Assembly: GCA_022779465.1 (NCBI GenBank) | Contig: JALFTB010000020.1 | Span: 7,923 to 71,922, forward strand | DNA from: a bacterium | GTDB lineage: Bacteria > Bacillota_I > Bacilli_A > RF39 > UBA660 | Length of the DNA: 64,000 bases | Reading direction: 5' to 3' | Shown here: positions 27,839 to 38,210 of the stretch, piece after piece | How the letters are laid out: every line of letters starts with the position of its first letter | How positions within the stretch are numbered: the stretch's first letter is position 1 | Notes under the pieces: generated by a model | Told to the model about the DNA's origin: nothing | Database searches by the model: none | The model's input: only the letters and a program-made list of their open reading frames with translations | Made by a program: the position numbers and the translations under genes

Positions 27839-28779
27839 TTTAAATAAAATTCATAGTATTCATCAAATGTTATACCTTCGTTATAAACTTTTGTTGCTAG
27901 ATCGACACCTAGATAGCGGTAATGCCATGATTCAAATTTATATCCTGTTATTTCTTCTTTATCTTCTGGGTATCTTAGAATAAAACCGTATTTATGAGCA
28001 TTATTAAGCATCCATTGGTAACTTTCAGTATCTTTAAATGAATCATTTTTATCATAGAAATCAGCAACATCAATAGCATAACCAGTTTCATGTTCTGATG
28101 AACCAGCTCTAGCGGCATAATCATCAGCTTTTCTTGTGCCATAAGCTTGTTTTCTTTGATTCCATAATTTATCTTGGTATTCATAGTCACGATATGAAGA
28201 TAATATTAAAATTGTATAACCATCTGCTTTAGCAGCTTCAGCTAGATTTTTATATGCTTCATAGGCTTCACTGTTAAGCTCATTATTAGCGTATGAATAG
28301 GTTGCTGATGTTTTAACAATATCGCTCGCTTGGTAATCTTTAGTTAAAGCATGGTATTTATTTACTAACATAGCAGTTCCTTTTGAAGTATCAGTATCAA
28401 CTAAATCTTTATAGTAATCTTTATCACGATTAACATTTACTAAAGCCACAATTTCGTTTAAAGATTTACTATCATTTTTCTCATAATAAGATAAGTATCG
28501 ATCTAAATTTTTAAACATAAAGTATTTTTCATTAATTAATTTAACAATATTAGAATTTTTATCTTTGGAAAGAAGTGTTTCTAATTCATTATTATTTAAT
28601 TTAGAACTTAAGGTTTTATATTCTTCTAGGGTATATTCTTTTTGTAAGAATTTATATTCATATGTTTGTTTATATTTATAATTGTTAATAACTTTAATAC
28701 CTACTATTAGTAAAATTAGAGCTACTATAGATATAAATAATATCTTCTTAACTTTCTTTTTTAACTTTCTTTTAGCCAT
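27832..28779 (-). CDS. VanY-type D-alanyl-D-alanine carboxypeptidase (M15B), membrane anchored
   Basis: N-terminal TM, then SSYRDYEYQ, SEHETGYAIDV and FESWHYRY motifs. Confidence 0.8.
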   Translation of the reverse strand: MAKRKLKKKVKKILFISIVALILLIVGIKVINNYKYKQTYEYKFLQKEYTLEEYKTLSSKLNNNELETLLSKDKNSNIVKLINEKYFMFKNLDRYLSYYEKNDSKSLNEIVALVNVNRDKDYYKDLVDTDTSKGTAMLVNKYHALTKDYQASDIVKTSATYSYANNELNSEAYEAYKNLAEAAKADGYTILILSSYRDYEYQDKLWNQRKQAYGTRKADDYAARAGSSEHETGYAIDVADFYDKNDSFKDTESYQWMLNNAHKYGFILRYPEDKEEITGYKFESWHYRYLGVDLATKVYNEGITFDEYYEFYLNN

Positions 28780-28881
28780 GATTCACCTTCTTATTATATA
28801 CTTATTATATCATGTTTTCTTTAGTTGTAGTAAAATTTAAACTTTTGTTGTATAATTGTAACATAAAAAAGGAGTGAAAAT

Positions 28882-30504
28882 ATGGATAAGATATATATTA
28901 TTGGACATCGTAAACCTGATACTGACTCTGTATGCGCAGCTATTAGTTTAAGTTATTTAAAAAAACAAATGGGTTTAAATGCTGAACCAAGAATACTTAG
29001 TGAAATTAATGCAGAAACTGAATATGCTTTAAAAAAATTTAAAATTCCTGTTCCTAAGTATTTAAATGATGTTAAAGTTCAACTTAAAGATGTTAAATAT
29101 AAAAAGAATTATTTTGTTAATGAAAATGATTCTATTTATAGAACTTATAACTATATGACTACTAAAGGTATAACTGGTATTCCTCTAGTAGATGATAAGA
29201 AGATGTTTAAGGGTTATGTTTCGTTAAAAGAGATTGCTAATGAATTGATTTGTAGTGATACAAATATTTTAAATACATCTTTTGATAATTTAGCTGAAAC
29301 TTTAAATGCTTCTAAAGTTTATAAATTCGATGAAGAAATAATTGGTAATGTTATGGCAGTTGCTTTACCTTATAGATTATTTATGTCTACTGTTGATGTT
29401 GATAGTACTTCAATATTAATTGTCGGTAATAGAGAGCATATCATTGATTATGGATTAGAAAGAAAAGCAAAATTGATTATTGTTATTAATAATGTATCTT
29501 TAACTCCTGAAGAAATTAAACTTGCTAAAAAGAATAAAGTTAATATTATTGTAACACCTTATGATACTTTTAAAACTAGTAGAATTATTACTTTAGCTAA
29601 TCCAATTAAGATAATTAAAAGAAATATTTCGGCTATTTGTTTTAATCCTAATGATTATTTAACTGATTTTTTAGAGGTGTCTAATCGTTTAAAACATACT
29701 AATTATCCTATTGTTAATAGTAAGGGTGTATGTGAAGGTATGCTTAGGGTTATTGATACTCATGAATTTAATAAGAAAAAAGTTATTTTAGTTGATCATA
29801 ATGAACCAACACAGAGTGTTGATGGTTTAGATGAAGCTGAATTACTTGAAGTAGTAGATCATCATAATATTGGAGAAATTAGTACAATGCTTCCAATTAA
29901 TTTTAGAAATATGGCAGTTGGTTCAGTTAATACAATTATTTATACAATGTATGAAGAACAAGGTATTAAGATTCCTTCTGATATTGCTGGTTTAATGCTT
30001 AGTGGTATTATTTCTGATACTTTATTACTTGCTAGTCCAACAACTACTGAATTAGATCGTAATGTAGCTAAAATACTTGCCAAGAAAGCTAAAGTAAATC
30101 TTAAAGATTATGGTATGGATTTGCTTGGTAGTGGAGTTAGTATTGAAGGTATGTCAACTTATGATGTTATTTATAAAGATTTTAAAAATTATATAATTAA
30201 TGATAATAAGTTTGGGGTAGGCCAAATATTTACTACTAACTTTAAAACTTTTGTGGATAAGATAGATGATTATGTTGAACAATTGGATAGTATTAGTGAA
30301 AATAATAACTTTAAGATTGTTTGTTTATTTGTAACTGATATATTACAAAATAATTCTTATCTATTATATAATAGTAAAGCTGATTTAATGCTTGCTGATG
30401 CCTTTAGTTTAAGTGAAATTAAAGAAGGTCAATTACTTAAAGGAGTAGTATCTAGAAAGAAACAAATGATACCTCCAATTATGAATGTTTTAGAAAAAGT
30501 CTAG
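28882..30504 (+). CDS. ppaC: CBS-domain-containing family II (DHH) inorganic pyrophosphatase
   Basis: DHH motifs (GHRKPDTDS; VDHH), an inserted CBS/DRTGG-like region and a C-terminal DHHA2 domain. Confidence 0.8.
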   Translation: MDKIYIIGHRKPDTDSVCAAISLSYLKKQMGLNAEPRILSEINAETEYALKKFKIPVPKYLNDVKVQLKDVKYKKNYFVNENDSIYRTYNYMTTKGITGIPLVDDKKMFKGYVSLKEIANELICSDTNILNTSFDNLAETLNASKVYKFDEEIIGNVMAVALPYRLFMSTVDVDSTSILIVGNREHIIDYGLERKAKLIIVINNVSLTPEEIKLAKKNKVNIIVTPYDTFKTSRIITLANPIKIIKRNISAICFNPNDYLTDFLEVSNRLKHTNYPIVNSKGVCEGMLRVIDTHEFNKKKVILVDHNEPTQSVDGLDEAELLEVVDHHNIGEISTMLPINFRNMAVGSVNTIIYTMYEEQGIKIPSDIAGLMLSGIISDTLLLASPTTTELDRNVAKILAKKAKVNLKDYGMDLLGSGVSIEGMSTYDVIYKDFKNYIINDNKFGVGQIFTTNFKTFVDKIDDYVEQLDSISENNNFKIVCLFVTDILQNNSYLLYNSKADLMLADAFSLSEIKEGQLLKGVVSRKKQMIPPIMNVLEKV

Positions 30505-30559
30505 TTGTTAGACTTTTTTTATTTGGTTAGTCATATAGTTAATTGGAGGATTAATAGAA

Positions 30560-33121
30560 ATGATTGGACTAACTGATGAAGAAGTTGTTAAATCTAGAAA
30601 TAAATATGGTAGTAATGAAATAAAAAAAACTAATAATAATTCTTTCTTTAAATTATTATTAGAATCTTTAGGGGATCCAATGATAAAGATATTACTTATA
30701 GTGTTAGGAATTAAAGTAGTATTTTTATTTGCGGAATTTGATTGGTTTGAAACACTTGGCATTTTAATAGCTATTTTTATTGCTTCTTTAATATCAACTA
30801 TAAGTGAATATGGAAGTAATAAAGCTTTTCAAAAATTACTGGAAAATAATAATCAAAAGATGGTTAAAGTTAAGAGAAATGGTAAGCTTTGTTTAATATC
30901 CATTAATGATATTGTTGTTTCAGATATTGTTTATTTAAATAATGGGGATTATATTCCAGCTGATGGAGAAATTATTGATGGTAGTATTTTAATTGATGAA
31001 TCAAGTATTAATGGAGAAAGTAGAGAAACTTATAAGGACTCTAAATTAAGTGGTGAAAAGAGAAAAGTATATAAAGGGACTATTGTAACTAGTGGAGAAT
31101 GTATTGTTAAAGTATGCACTGTAGGTGTAAATACTTTATTTGGTAAGATTGCTAAGGAAGTCCAAGAAAAATCCTCTGATAGTCCTTTAAGAATTAGATT
31201 AAAACATTTAGCTAGTATTATTAGTAAAATTGGTTATGTTGGAGCTTTTTTAGTATTTTTTTCTTATTTATTTTCATCAATAGTTATTGCAAATAATTTT
31301 AATTTAAATTTAATAATTGGTTGTGTTAGTAATGTTTCATTAATGATTGATTATGTTATTTATGCTTTAACTTTAGCAGTAACTATTATTATTGTTTCAG
31401 TTCCAGAAGGTTTACCAATGATGGTGGCTTTAGTTCTTTCAACTAACATGAAGAAAATGATTAAAAAGAATATATTAGTTAAAAAGATGGTAGGAATAGA
31501 AACAGCGGGTTCTTTAAATGTTTTACTTACAGATAAAACAGGAACTTTAACTAATGGAAAACTTAGTGTTTATGGAATTATTAATTATCAAGATAAATTG
31601 TTTAATAATGATGTTGAATTATATAAGTATCATAAATATTATAATATTGTGGGAAACTCAATAGTTTTAAACAATGATGCAGTTATTTCTGATAATAAAA
31701 TAATAAATGGTAATTCCACTGATAAGGCTTTAATATCTTTTATGAATTATATTTCTGATGAAAAGATTATTAAAAAAGAGTCTTTTGATAGTGATAAGAA
31801 ATATTCTTTAGTTGAAACTAATAATTATATTTATTATAAAGGTGCTCCAGAAGTATTAATTCCTAAGTGTAAATATTATTTAAATAATGATGTAGAGGAT
31901 AGTCATGTTGATTTTGATTATTTAAACAGGGTTATTGCTAAATATATGCATAAAGGATACCGAGTTATTTCATTGTGTTATAAGAATAAATCCAATAATA
32001 ATGTTGTTTATGTTGGTAGTGTACTTCTTAAAGATGAAATTAGAAAAGACGCTAAAGAGGGGATTAAACTTATTAAGTCATCAGGGGTAAAGATGATTAT
32101 GGTTACGGGTGATTCTTTAGATACAGCTTTATTTATTTCTAAGGAATTGAACTTATTAAATGATGATGATATTTATTTAACTAGTAGTGATTTAAGTTTA
32201 ATGAGTGATGATGAAATTAAAAGTAAAATAAATAAAATTAAAGTTGTAGCTAGAGCTAAACCTCATGATAAGAGTAGATTAGTTAAGATTATTAAAGAAA
32301 TGAATTTAGTTGTAGGAATGACTGGTGATGGGATAAATGATGCAGCGGCTTTAAAGAAATGTGATGTTGGTTTTGCGATGGGTAGTGGAACTGACGTTGC
32401 TAAGGAAGCTTCTGATATTGTGATTTTAGATGATAATATTAATTCGATTAGTATGGCTATTTTATTTGGAAGAACTATATTTAAGAATATTAGAAAATTT
32501 ATTATCTTTCAGTTAACCATGAATATATGTGCGATGAGTTTATCAATTATAGGTCCTTTTATTGGAATAAGTACACCGGTAACAGTTATGCAGATGTTAT
32601 GGATTAATATGATTATGGATACTTTAGCTGGTCTTGCTTTTGCTTATGAAGAACCATTACTTTCTTATATGGATGAAAAACCTAAGAGTAAGAATGAACC
32701 GATAATTAATAAATATATGTATGAAGAAATAGTGTTTACGGGGTTATATTCTAGTTTATTGTGCATTTTATTCTTAAAGATTCCTTTAGTTAAGAGTTTA
32801 ATTAGATATGATGTTAATGATAAGTATTTTTTAACTGCATTTTTTGCTTTATTTGTGTTTATGGGAATATTTAATGCTTTTAATGCAAGAACGAATAGAT
32901 ATAATTTATTTTATAGAATTAAGAATAATAAAGTATTTTTAATAATATTTATGCTAGTAGCAATTATGCAAATTTATTTTATTTATTATGGTGGAATTAT
33001 ATTTAGAACTTATGGGCTTAATTTAAAAGAATTATTAATTGTTTTGGGGCTTGCTTTTAGTGTGGTTCCGGTAGATTTATTTAGAAAGTTTATATTTAAT
33101 AATAATAAAGATTATATTTAA
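30560..33121 (+). CDS. P-type cation-transporting ATPase (Ca2+-ATPase-like, P2 type)
   Basis: DKTGTLT phosphorylation site, TGES-like (INGESRE), MVTGD, GDGINDAAALK and about 10 TM segments. Confidence 0.9.
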   Translation: MIGLTDEEVVKSRNKYGSNEIKKTNNNSFFKLLLESLGDPMIKILLIVLGIKVVFLFAEFDWFETLGILIAIFIASLISTISEYGSNKAFQKLLENNNQKMVKVKRNGKLCLISINDIVVSDIVYLNNGDYIPADGEIIDGSILIDESSINGESRETYKDSKLSGEKRKVYKGTIVTSGECIVKVCTVGVNTLFGKIAKEVQEKSSDSPLRIRLKHLASIISKIGYVGAFLVFFSYLFSSIVIANNFNLNLIIGCVSNVSLMIDYVIYALTLAVTIIIVSVPEGLPMMVALVLSTNMKKMIKKNILVKKMVGIETAGSLNVLLTDKTGTLTNGKLSVYGIINYQDKLFNNDVELYKYHKYYNIVGNSIVLNNDAVISDNKIINGNSTDKALISFMNYISDEKIIKKESFDSDKKYSLVETNNYIYYKGAPEVLIPKCKYYLNNDVEDSHVDFDYLNRVIAKYMHKGYRVISLCYKNKSNNNVVYVGSVLLKDEIRKDAKEGIKLIKSSGVKMIMVTGDSLDTALFISKELNLLNDDDIYLTSSDLSLMSDDEIKSKINKIKVVARAKPHDKSRLVKIIKEMNLVVGMTGDGINDAAALKKCDVGFAMGSGTDVAKEASDIVILDDNINSISMAILFGRTIFKNIRKFIIFQLTMNICAMSLSIIGPFIGISTPVTVMQMLWINMIMDTLAGLAFAYEEPLLSYMDEKPKSKNEPIINKYMYEEIVFTGLYSSLLCILFLKIPLVKSLIRYDVNDKYFLTAFFALFVFMGIFNAFNARTNRYNLFYRIKNNKVFLIIFMLVAIMQIYFIYYGGIIFRTYGLNLKELLIVLGLAFSVVPVDLFRKFIFNNNKDYI

Positions 33122-33393
33122 ACTTTCTTTTTTAGTTTGGAGTTAATAAGCATTCCAATATAGGTTCCAGTGGCATATCCAGCTGAGTAAACGATAGGTA
33201 TGATAATAGTATCCACGTCTGTATTAAGAGCAGTTCTGGCTATATCAAACCAGATAAGTACTTCAAAGAAAGCTATTATGGTACTTTTTAATTTATTTCC
33301 ATTAACTATATGAACAGTTTTAATGGTTCCAAGGGTAACATCTAAGATTCTAGCAAAGAATATTTTTAAACATAATAAAAACATATTAATCAC
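33118..33393 (-). CDS. Short UPF0316-like membrane protein (N-terminal module only)
   Basis: ILDVTLGTIKTVHIVNGNK...FFEVLIW resembles the N-terminus of YebE/UPF0316 proteins. The C-terminal soluble domain is absent. Its stop overlaps the ATPase stop by 4 nt. Confidence 0.45.
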   Translation of the reverse strand: MINMFLLCLKIFFARILDVTLGTIKTVHIVNGNKLKSTIIAFFEVLIWFDIARTALNTDVDTIIIPIVYSAGYATGTYIGMLINSKLKKKV

Positions 33394-33492
33394 CTCTTAT
33401 TATTATGGAAATAGTTGATTAAATTAATCAAAAAAGGGCCTTTGCCTTAGTCATTTTATCTAAGTTACATATTATACATTGGAGGTATTAAG

Positions 33493-33906
33493 ATGTTATT
33501 TAGTTTTGATGATGAATATTTACTTAAAGATTATTTTAATTTAACTAAAACTAGAGATGAAATATTAAGTCCTAAAGAAGGTTTAATACTTGGTAATATG
33601 TTTAGTGATGAATATGAACCTTATAAAAATTATCGACCTAGTGAAATTAAAATAAATAGTGAAAAAGAAAGAGAATTATTAAAGATTAGAGAGTTATCTT
33701 TTACAGTTAATGATCTTAATTTAAAACTTGATTTAGAACCTAATAATGATAAGTTATATAAATTATTTAAGATGTATGCTGGTGAACTTGAAATGTGTAT
33801 TAGTAAATATAATAAGAAGTATAATCCTTTAGAAGTTTGTGATGATATTAAAGATAATTATACTTGGTATAAAGGTCCTTGGCCTTGGGAGGGTATGAAT
33901 GTTTAA
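33493..33906 (+). CDS. cotJB: CotJA-CotJB fusion-like spore coat-associated protein
   Basis: N-terminus SPKEGLILGNMFSDEYEPYKNY resembles the CotJA motif. The C-terminus (LNLKLDLEPNN...YTWYKGPWPWE) resembles CotJB (LYLDTHP...GPWPWQ). Overlaps cotJC. Confidence 0.6.
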   Translation: MLFSFDDEYLLKDYFNLTKTRDEILSPKEGLILGNMFSDEYEPYKNYRPSEIKINSEKERELLKIRELSFTVNDLNLKLDLEPNNDKLYKLFKMYAGELEMCISKYNKKYNPLEVCDDIKDNYTWYKGPWPWEGMNV

Positions 33907-34462
33907 GTATGATAAAAAATTACCTTATCCAATAGATATTAAGAAAAAAGATATTAGAATGGCTAAGTATTTAATTACTCAATATGGTGGCGCTAATGGG
34001 GAGTTAGGTGCTGCTTTAAGATATTTTAGTCAAAAGTTTACTATGCCTACTGATGAAGGAAGAGCTTTACTTAATGATATTGCAACTGAAGAGTTTGGTC
34101 ATGTAGAAATGATTTGTGTTATGGTTCATCAATTACTTAAAGGAGCAACTAAAGAAGAATTAGAAGCTAATGGATTAACTGCTAGTTATGTTGAAAATGG
34201 ATATGGTATTTATCCAGTAAATTCTAATGGAGTTCCTTTTGATGTTTCATATTTTGCATCAGTAGGAGATCCGGTTGCAGATTTAGCTGAAGACATGGCT
34301 GCTGAAGAAAAAGCAAGAGTAACTTATGAACATTTAATAGATATTGCTAAAGATGAAGATGTTATTAATGTTTTATTATTTTTAAGACAAAGAGAAATAG
34401 TTCATTATAATAGATTTAAATCTTTATATGAGAAGTATAAATATAAATTAAAGAAGGATTAA
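33899..34462 (+). CDS. cotJC: Spore coat protein CotJC (manganese catalase family)
   Basis: YGGANGELGAALRYFSQ and EEFGHVEM di-metal motifs. About 187 aa. Confidence 0.85.
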   Translation: MFKYDKKLPYPIDIKKKDIRMAKYLITQYGGANGELGAALRYFSQKFTMPTDEGRALLNDIATEEFGHVEMICVMVHQLLKGATKEELEANGLTASYVENGYGIYPVNSNGVPFDVSYFASVGDPVADLAEDMAAEEKARVTYEHLIDIAKDEDVINVLLFLRQREIVHYNRFKSLYEKYKYKLKKD

Positions 34463-34475
34463 TTCTTCTTTTTTT
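34451..34475 (+). terminator. Rho-independent terminator after cotJC
   Basis: Hairpin aagaag-gattaatt-cttctt followed by a T-run. Confidence 0.5.
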
Positions 34476-34512
34476 GATGGGGTTGTGATAAAATTATAAT
34501 AGAGGTGTTTAA

Positions 34513-35013
34513 ATGAGTAAAAAGAAAAATGTTATTAAGTTATGTTTAATTTTAGGTGTTACTATTTTACTTACAATAATTATTTGTAATATTTATCGTA
34601 ATTATGAAGGTGGTAAGTCTAATAGTAGTTATATTTCTAAGTATGTATCAACTATTCAATATAATGAACTTAGTAGTGCAGTAACTGAATTATCGGGAGA
34701 TACTTTCTTATATTTAAGTTATGTTGGTGATAAAAATATTTATGATTTAGAAAGACAAATAAGAAGACAATTAAAGATTAATGAACTTGAAGATAATTTT
34801 ATTTATGTTGATGGTACATCTTATATAAATGATAAAAAAGAGATTACTGGTCTTAATAAGACTTTAAATGTTACAACTAAATCTTCAATTGTTTTACCAG
34901 CTATAATTTATTTTAAAGATAATGTACCAGAGGATTATATTGATAGTAGTGAATATTTATTTAAAGTTGGTTCTTTTGAACAATTAATAGATAAATATGA
35001 ATTAGGTAAATAG
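34513..35013 (+). CDS. Membrane-anchored hypothetical protein
   Basis: N-terminal TM and no recognisable catalytic motif. Confidence 0.35.
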   Translation: MSKKKNVIKLCLILGVTILLTIIICNIYRNYEGGKSNSSYISKYVSTIQYNELSSAVTELSGDTFLYLSYVGDKNIYDLERQIRRQLKINELEDNFIYVDGTSYINDKKEITGLNKTLNVTTKSSIVLPAIIYFKDNVPEDYIDSSEYLFKVGSFEQLIDKYELGK

Positions 35014-35014
35014 G

Positions 35015-35527
35015 ATGTTAAATATTGTTTTATTTGAACCAGAAATACCTGGTAATACTGGAAATATTATGAGAACTTGTGTAGCAACTCATACAAAATT
35101 ACATTTAATTAAACCACTTGGTTTTAGTTTAGATGATAGTTATATTAAAAGAAGTGGAGTTAATTATATTAAAGATTGTGACTATACTGTTTATGAAAAT
35201 ATAGAAGATTTTTATAGTAAGAATGAAGGTACATTTTATTATTTAACTAGATATGGACATAAACCTCATACTAGTTTTGATTATAGTGATACTAAGGAAA
35301 ATATTTATTTCTTTTTTGGAAAAGAGTCAACAGGAATACCACCTAAATTATTAAAACCACATTTAGATCATTGTTTAAGAATACCGATGACTGATAAGGT
35401 AAGAGCTTTAAACTTATCTAATTCAGTAGCAATTGTTTTATATGAAGCATTAAGACAACAAAATTATTTAGATTTATTATTTGACGAACCTCATAAAAGT
35501 AAAAATTTTATTGAAGATTCTGAATAA
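35015..35527 (+). CDS. trmL: tRNA (cytidine/uridine-2'-O)-methyltransferase TrmL (SpoU/TrmH family)
   Basis: IVLFEPEIPGNTGNIMRTC, FGKESTG and NLSNSVAIVLYE motifs. Confidence 0.85.
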   Translation: MLNIVLFEPEIPGNTGNIMRTCVATHTKLHLIKPLGFSLDDSYIKRSGVNYIKDCDYTVYENIEDFYSKNEGTFYYLTRYGHKPHTSFDYSDTKENIYFFFGKESTGIPPKLLKPHLDHCLRIPMTDKVRALNLSNSVAIVLYEALRQQNYLDLLFDEPHKSKNFIEDSE

Positions 35528-35561
35528 AAAAAGATACCTTTTTATAATTGGTATCTTTTAA
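35526..35561. terminator. Bidirectional terminator between trmL and the ferredoxin gene
   Basis: aaagatacc / ggtatcttt stem with flanking A and T runs. Confidence 0.7.
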
Positions 35562-35749
35562 TTTTTAGTTTCTTCTTCAATTGAGATTGCTCCAACTGGA
35601 CAACAATCACGTGCTTCTTTAGCTTGGTCAGTTACTTCTTCATTAATTACTTTAGCAGTAGCACCATCAAAAGTGAAGTTCTCACTAGCAATACTACAAC
35701 AAGCACCACAACCAATGCACATATCTTTATTTAATTTTACTTTTTCCAC
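35558..35749 (-). CDS. Small 4Fe-4S ferredoxin
   Basis: CIGCGACC...CP motif. Start assigned to the GTG 7 nt after GGAGG rather than the upstream ATG of the ORF track. Confidence 0.75.
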   Translation of the reverse strand: MEKVKLNKDMCIGCGACCSIASENFTFDGATAKVINEEVTDQAKEARDCCPVGAISIEEETKN

Positions 35750-35855
35750 TTTAGTTCCTCCATAAATATTATACAAATCTTTTATGAGTTTTAGCAAGGT
35801 TGTATTTCAATATTTGACAAATTATGATATGATATAAAAAGAATAGGTGATTATT

Positions 35856-36617
35856 ATGAATTGTCGAATGGATAAATATGAATTAGATACACCAGCATTA
35901 AAAAGTAGAACAGATCGTAATAAAGAATTATATCGTTCTTATGAAGCATTAAATTATGATAAGTTTGATGTTAATAATAATGTTGAAATATTAAAGAGTA
36001 ATGCTAGAAATATTGATGTAGATCAAATTAGAGATATGTTAGATAAAAAATATAGAGATAATTTACCTAAGAGAAAATCTATATCTATTGATAATTATGA
36101 AGAACCAGTTAGAAAAGATGAAGAAGATACTAAAGAATATGATATTAATAGTATTTTAGATAAAGCTAAAAGTGATAAATCAGTAGATTATGAATTAGAT
36201 AGATTAAATAGATCTTATAATGCTTCTAAGCTAGTTGATGAAGTAAATAAAAAGTATGGACAAAGAGAAGAAACTCCAGCAGAAAAAGAATTAGTTAATT
36301 TAATAAATACAATTACAGAATTAGAACTTAGAAATAGACAAAAAGATGCTGAATTATTAGATTTAGCAGATGATGATGCAAAAGAAGAAGATAATAGTAA
36401 GACAGCAGCTACTTCAATAATTCCAGATACTGAAGAAACTTTCTATACAGGACAGTTAGCTGTTAAAGAAGATGATTTTGAAGATTTTAAAGATATGCAA
36501 GATGATATAAAATCTAATTCAGCTTTAATTAAAATATTAGTATTTATTTTTATTATTATAACTATTGCAATAGGAGTAGTACTTGCAAATAAATATTTAG
36601 AACTAGGATTATTTTAA
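35856..36617 (+). CDS. Acidic hypothetical protein with a C-terminal TM anchor
   Basis: AGGTGA RBS. Charged, low-complexity body with one terminal TM. Confidence 0.35.
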   Translation: MNCRMDKYELDTPALKSRTDRNKELYRSYEALNYDKFDVNNNVEILKSNARNIDVDQIRDMLDKKYRDNLPKRKSISIDNYEEPVRKDEEDTKEYDINSILDKAKSDKSVDYELDRLNRSYNASKLVDEVNKKYGQREETPAEKELVNLINTITELELRNRQKDAELLDLADDDAKEEDNSKTAATSIIPDTEETFYTGQLAVKEDDFEDFKDMQDDIKSNSALIKILVFIFIIITIAIGVVLANKYLELGLF

Positions 36618-36647
36618 TATAGTTCTTTTTTTTTCATATTATTTAAT

Positions 36648-37349
36648 ATGAGAATGGTTAAGTTTAAAAAGAATCATAGTAATTTAGGATTAATTTTTAT
36701 TTTATTTATTGTTATGATGACTTCTTTATTATTAAATACGATTGGTAAAAGGGTATCTAATCAGATGATAGATATTAGTAAGATTATTATTAAAGATGTG
36801 ATTATTAATACGGTTAATGCTAATATTAAGGGTGATACTTTAAAGAAATATAATATTAATGATTTAATTAAGATTAATTATAGGGATAAGAAGGTTAGTG
36901 ATGTTGATTATAATTTAGAGAATACTTATGATATTTTAATTGATATTAAATCTTCGGTTATGGAAATGATTCCTAAATATGATTTTAGTGGTTATAGTTA
37001 TGATGTTAAGGTATTTGATAATTTTATGATTTTAGAGATGCCTTTTTATAATTATAGTAGTAATTTATTACTTGCTAATTTAGGACCTAAAATCAGTGCT
37101 AAAATCAATTATATTAGGTATGTTAATGGTAGTGTTAAGACTAAAATTAAAACTTATGGAATTAATTCTTTACAAGTAGAATTATATTTAAATATTGAGA
37201 TATTTAGTGATATTGTTGTTCCTTTTATTAATAAAGAAAATATAACTAGTATGGATATTTTAATATCGTCTAAAATAATACAAGGGGAGATACCTTCTAT
37301 ATATAATGGATTATATGAATCTGAAAGTAAGATAGTTAAAACTAATTAA
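36648..37349 (+). CDS. yunB: Sporulation protein YunB-like
   Basis: N-terminal TM plus a YunB-like body. The neighbourhood also holds yutD-, yutH- and yutI-like genes, as in B. subtilis. Confidence 0.45.
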   Translation: MRMVKFKKNHSNLGLIFILFIVMMTSLLLNTIGKRVSNQMIDISKIIIKDVIINTVNANIKGDTLKKYNINDLIKINYRDKKVSDVDYNLENTYDILIDIKSSVMEMIPKYDFSGYSYDVKVFDNFMILEMPFYNYSSNLLLANLGPKISAKINYIRYVNGSVKTKIKTYGINSLQVELYLNIEIFSDIVVPFINKENITSMDILISSKIIQGEIPSIYNGLYESESKIVKTN

Positions 37350-37407
37350 TTTATTATTTTATTTAATATCTATTTGTGGTATATTAATAATAGAAAGGTA
37401 GATGTTA

Positions 37408-38208
37408 ATGAATAATATTTTTATTAATGAATTTATTAATAATGGTATAAATGCTTATTTATTAAAAAAACAAGATAAAGATTATTCTTTAGCTCATATT
37501 TTTGAACTTAAAGTTATTGAAGTATTAGTAAGAATATATGGTGAAATTAACATCATTAATCCTTATAGAACTAGTAGTGAAAAGAGTTTAAGAGATAACT
37601 TTAAAATATATGGTTTAACTAATGAAGAATATTATAGATTTATAGGTTATTTAAATGATTATAATGATTGGTTAAATAGTATGAGTAGAGAAAAGAATGA
37701 TACTATTAAAGAGATTGAACTTCTTTTAATTAGAATGATTCTTTTAAAGAATATTAATGTTAAAGCTACTAGTGATGATATAGAAGTTTATGATGATTTA
37801 TTTTTAGCTAAAGATCGAAAGATAGCCCAAATAAATGAGATGGCTTCTACTAATCCTTATTATGTTCAAAAGTATTATTTAAGAAAGAAAAAGATATACT
37901 TTGAAGATAGTGATTTACATTTTGAAGAAATTGAACCTGACTTGTTATCGAAGACTATGTATCAAAGACATGGTTTATCTATAAATGAAGTTGTTCAATT
38001 ATCTAATTTAAAAATAAATGAAATTAATAACATTATTACTAGTGAAGAAGAGGATTTAAATAAGAGTAAACTTAAGGTTAAACCAATTGGATTAAATGTG
38101 GTTTTAACTTCAGGAAGTGGTTTTGTTGATACTTTAGTTTTACTTAGTATAATGGTTACAGAAATTATGGTTGGTTTTGTAATTGCCATGATTGCAGGGA
38201 GGTTATAG
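37408..38208 (+). CDS. Hypothetical protein with a C-terminal TM hairpin
   Basis: Clean ORF with no family recognised. Confidence 0.35.
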   Translation: MNNIFINEFINNGINAYLLKKQDKDYSLAHIFELKVIEVLVRIYGEINIINPYRTSSEKSLRDNFKIYGLTNEEYYRFIGYLNDYNDWLNSMSREKNDTIKEIELLLIRMILLKNINVKATSDDIEVYDDLFLAKDRKIAQINEMASTNPYYVQKYYLRKKKIYFEDSDLHFEEIEPDLLSKTMYQRHGLSINEVVQLSNLKINEINNIITSEEEDLNKSKLKVKPIGLNVVLTSGSGFVDTLVLLSIMVTEIMVGFVIAMIAGRL

Positions 38209-38210
38209 GT

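Noticed and set aside
33440-33492. Sporulation sigma-factor (SigE/SigK) promoter upstream of the cotJ operon: GTCATTTT ... CATATTATA.
   Set aside because: CATATTATA fits the SigK-type -10 pattern (CATAnnnTA) and GTCATTTT resembles a SigE -35. However, the spacing (about 10 nt) fits neither consensus as I remember them, so this is too uncertain to annotate.
35814-35840. TTGACA at 35814-35819 as the -35 of a promoter for the gene at 35856.
   Set aside because: No acceptable -10 hexamer lies 16-18 nt downstream; the TATAAA at 35833 gives only a 13-nt spacer. Left unannotated.
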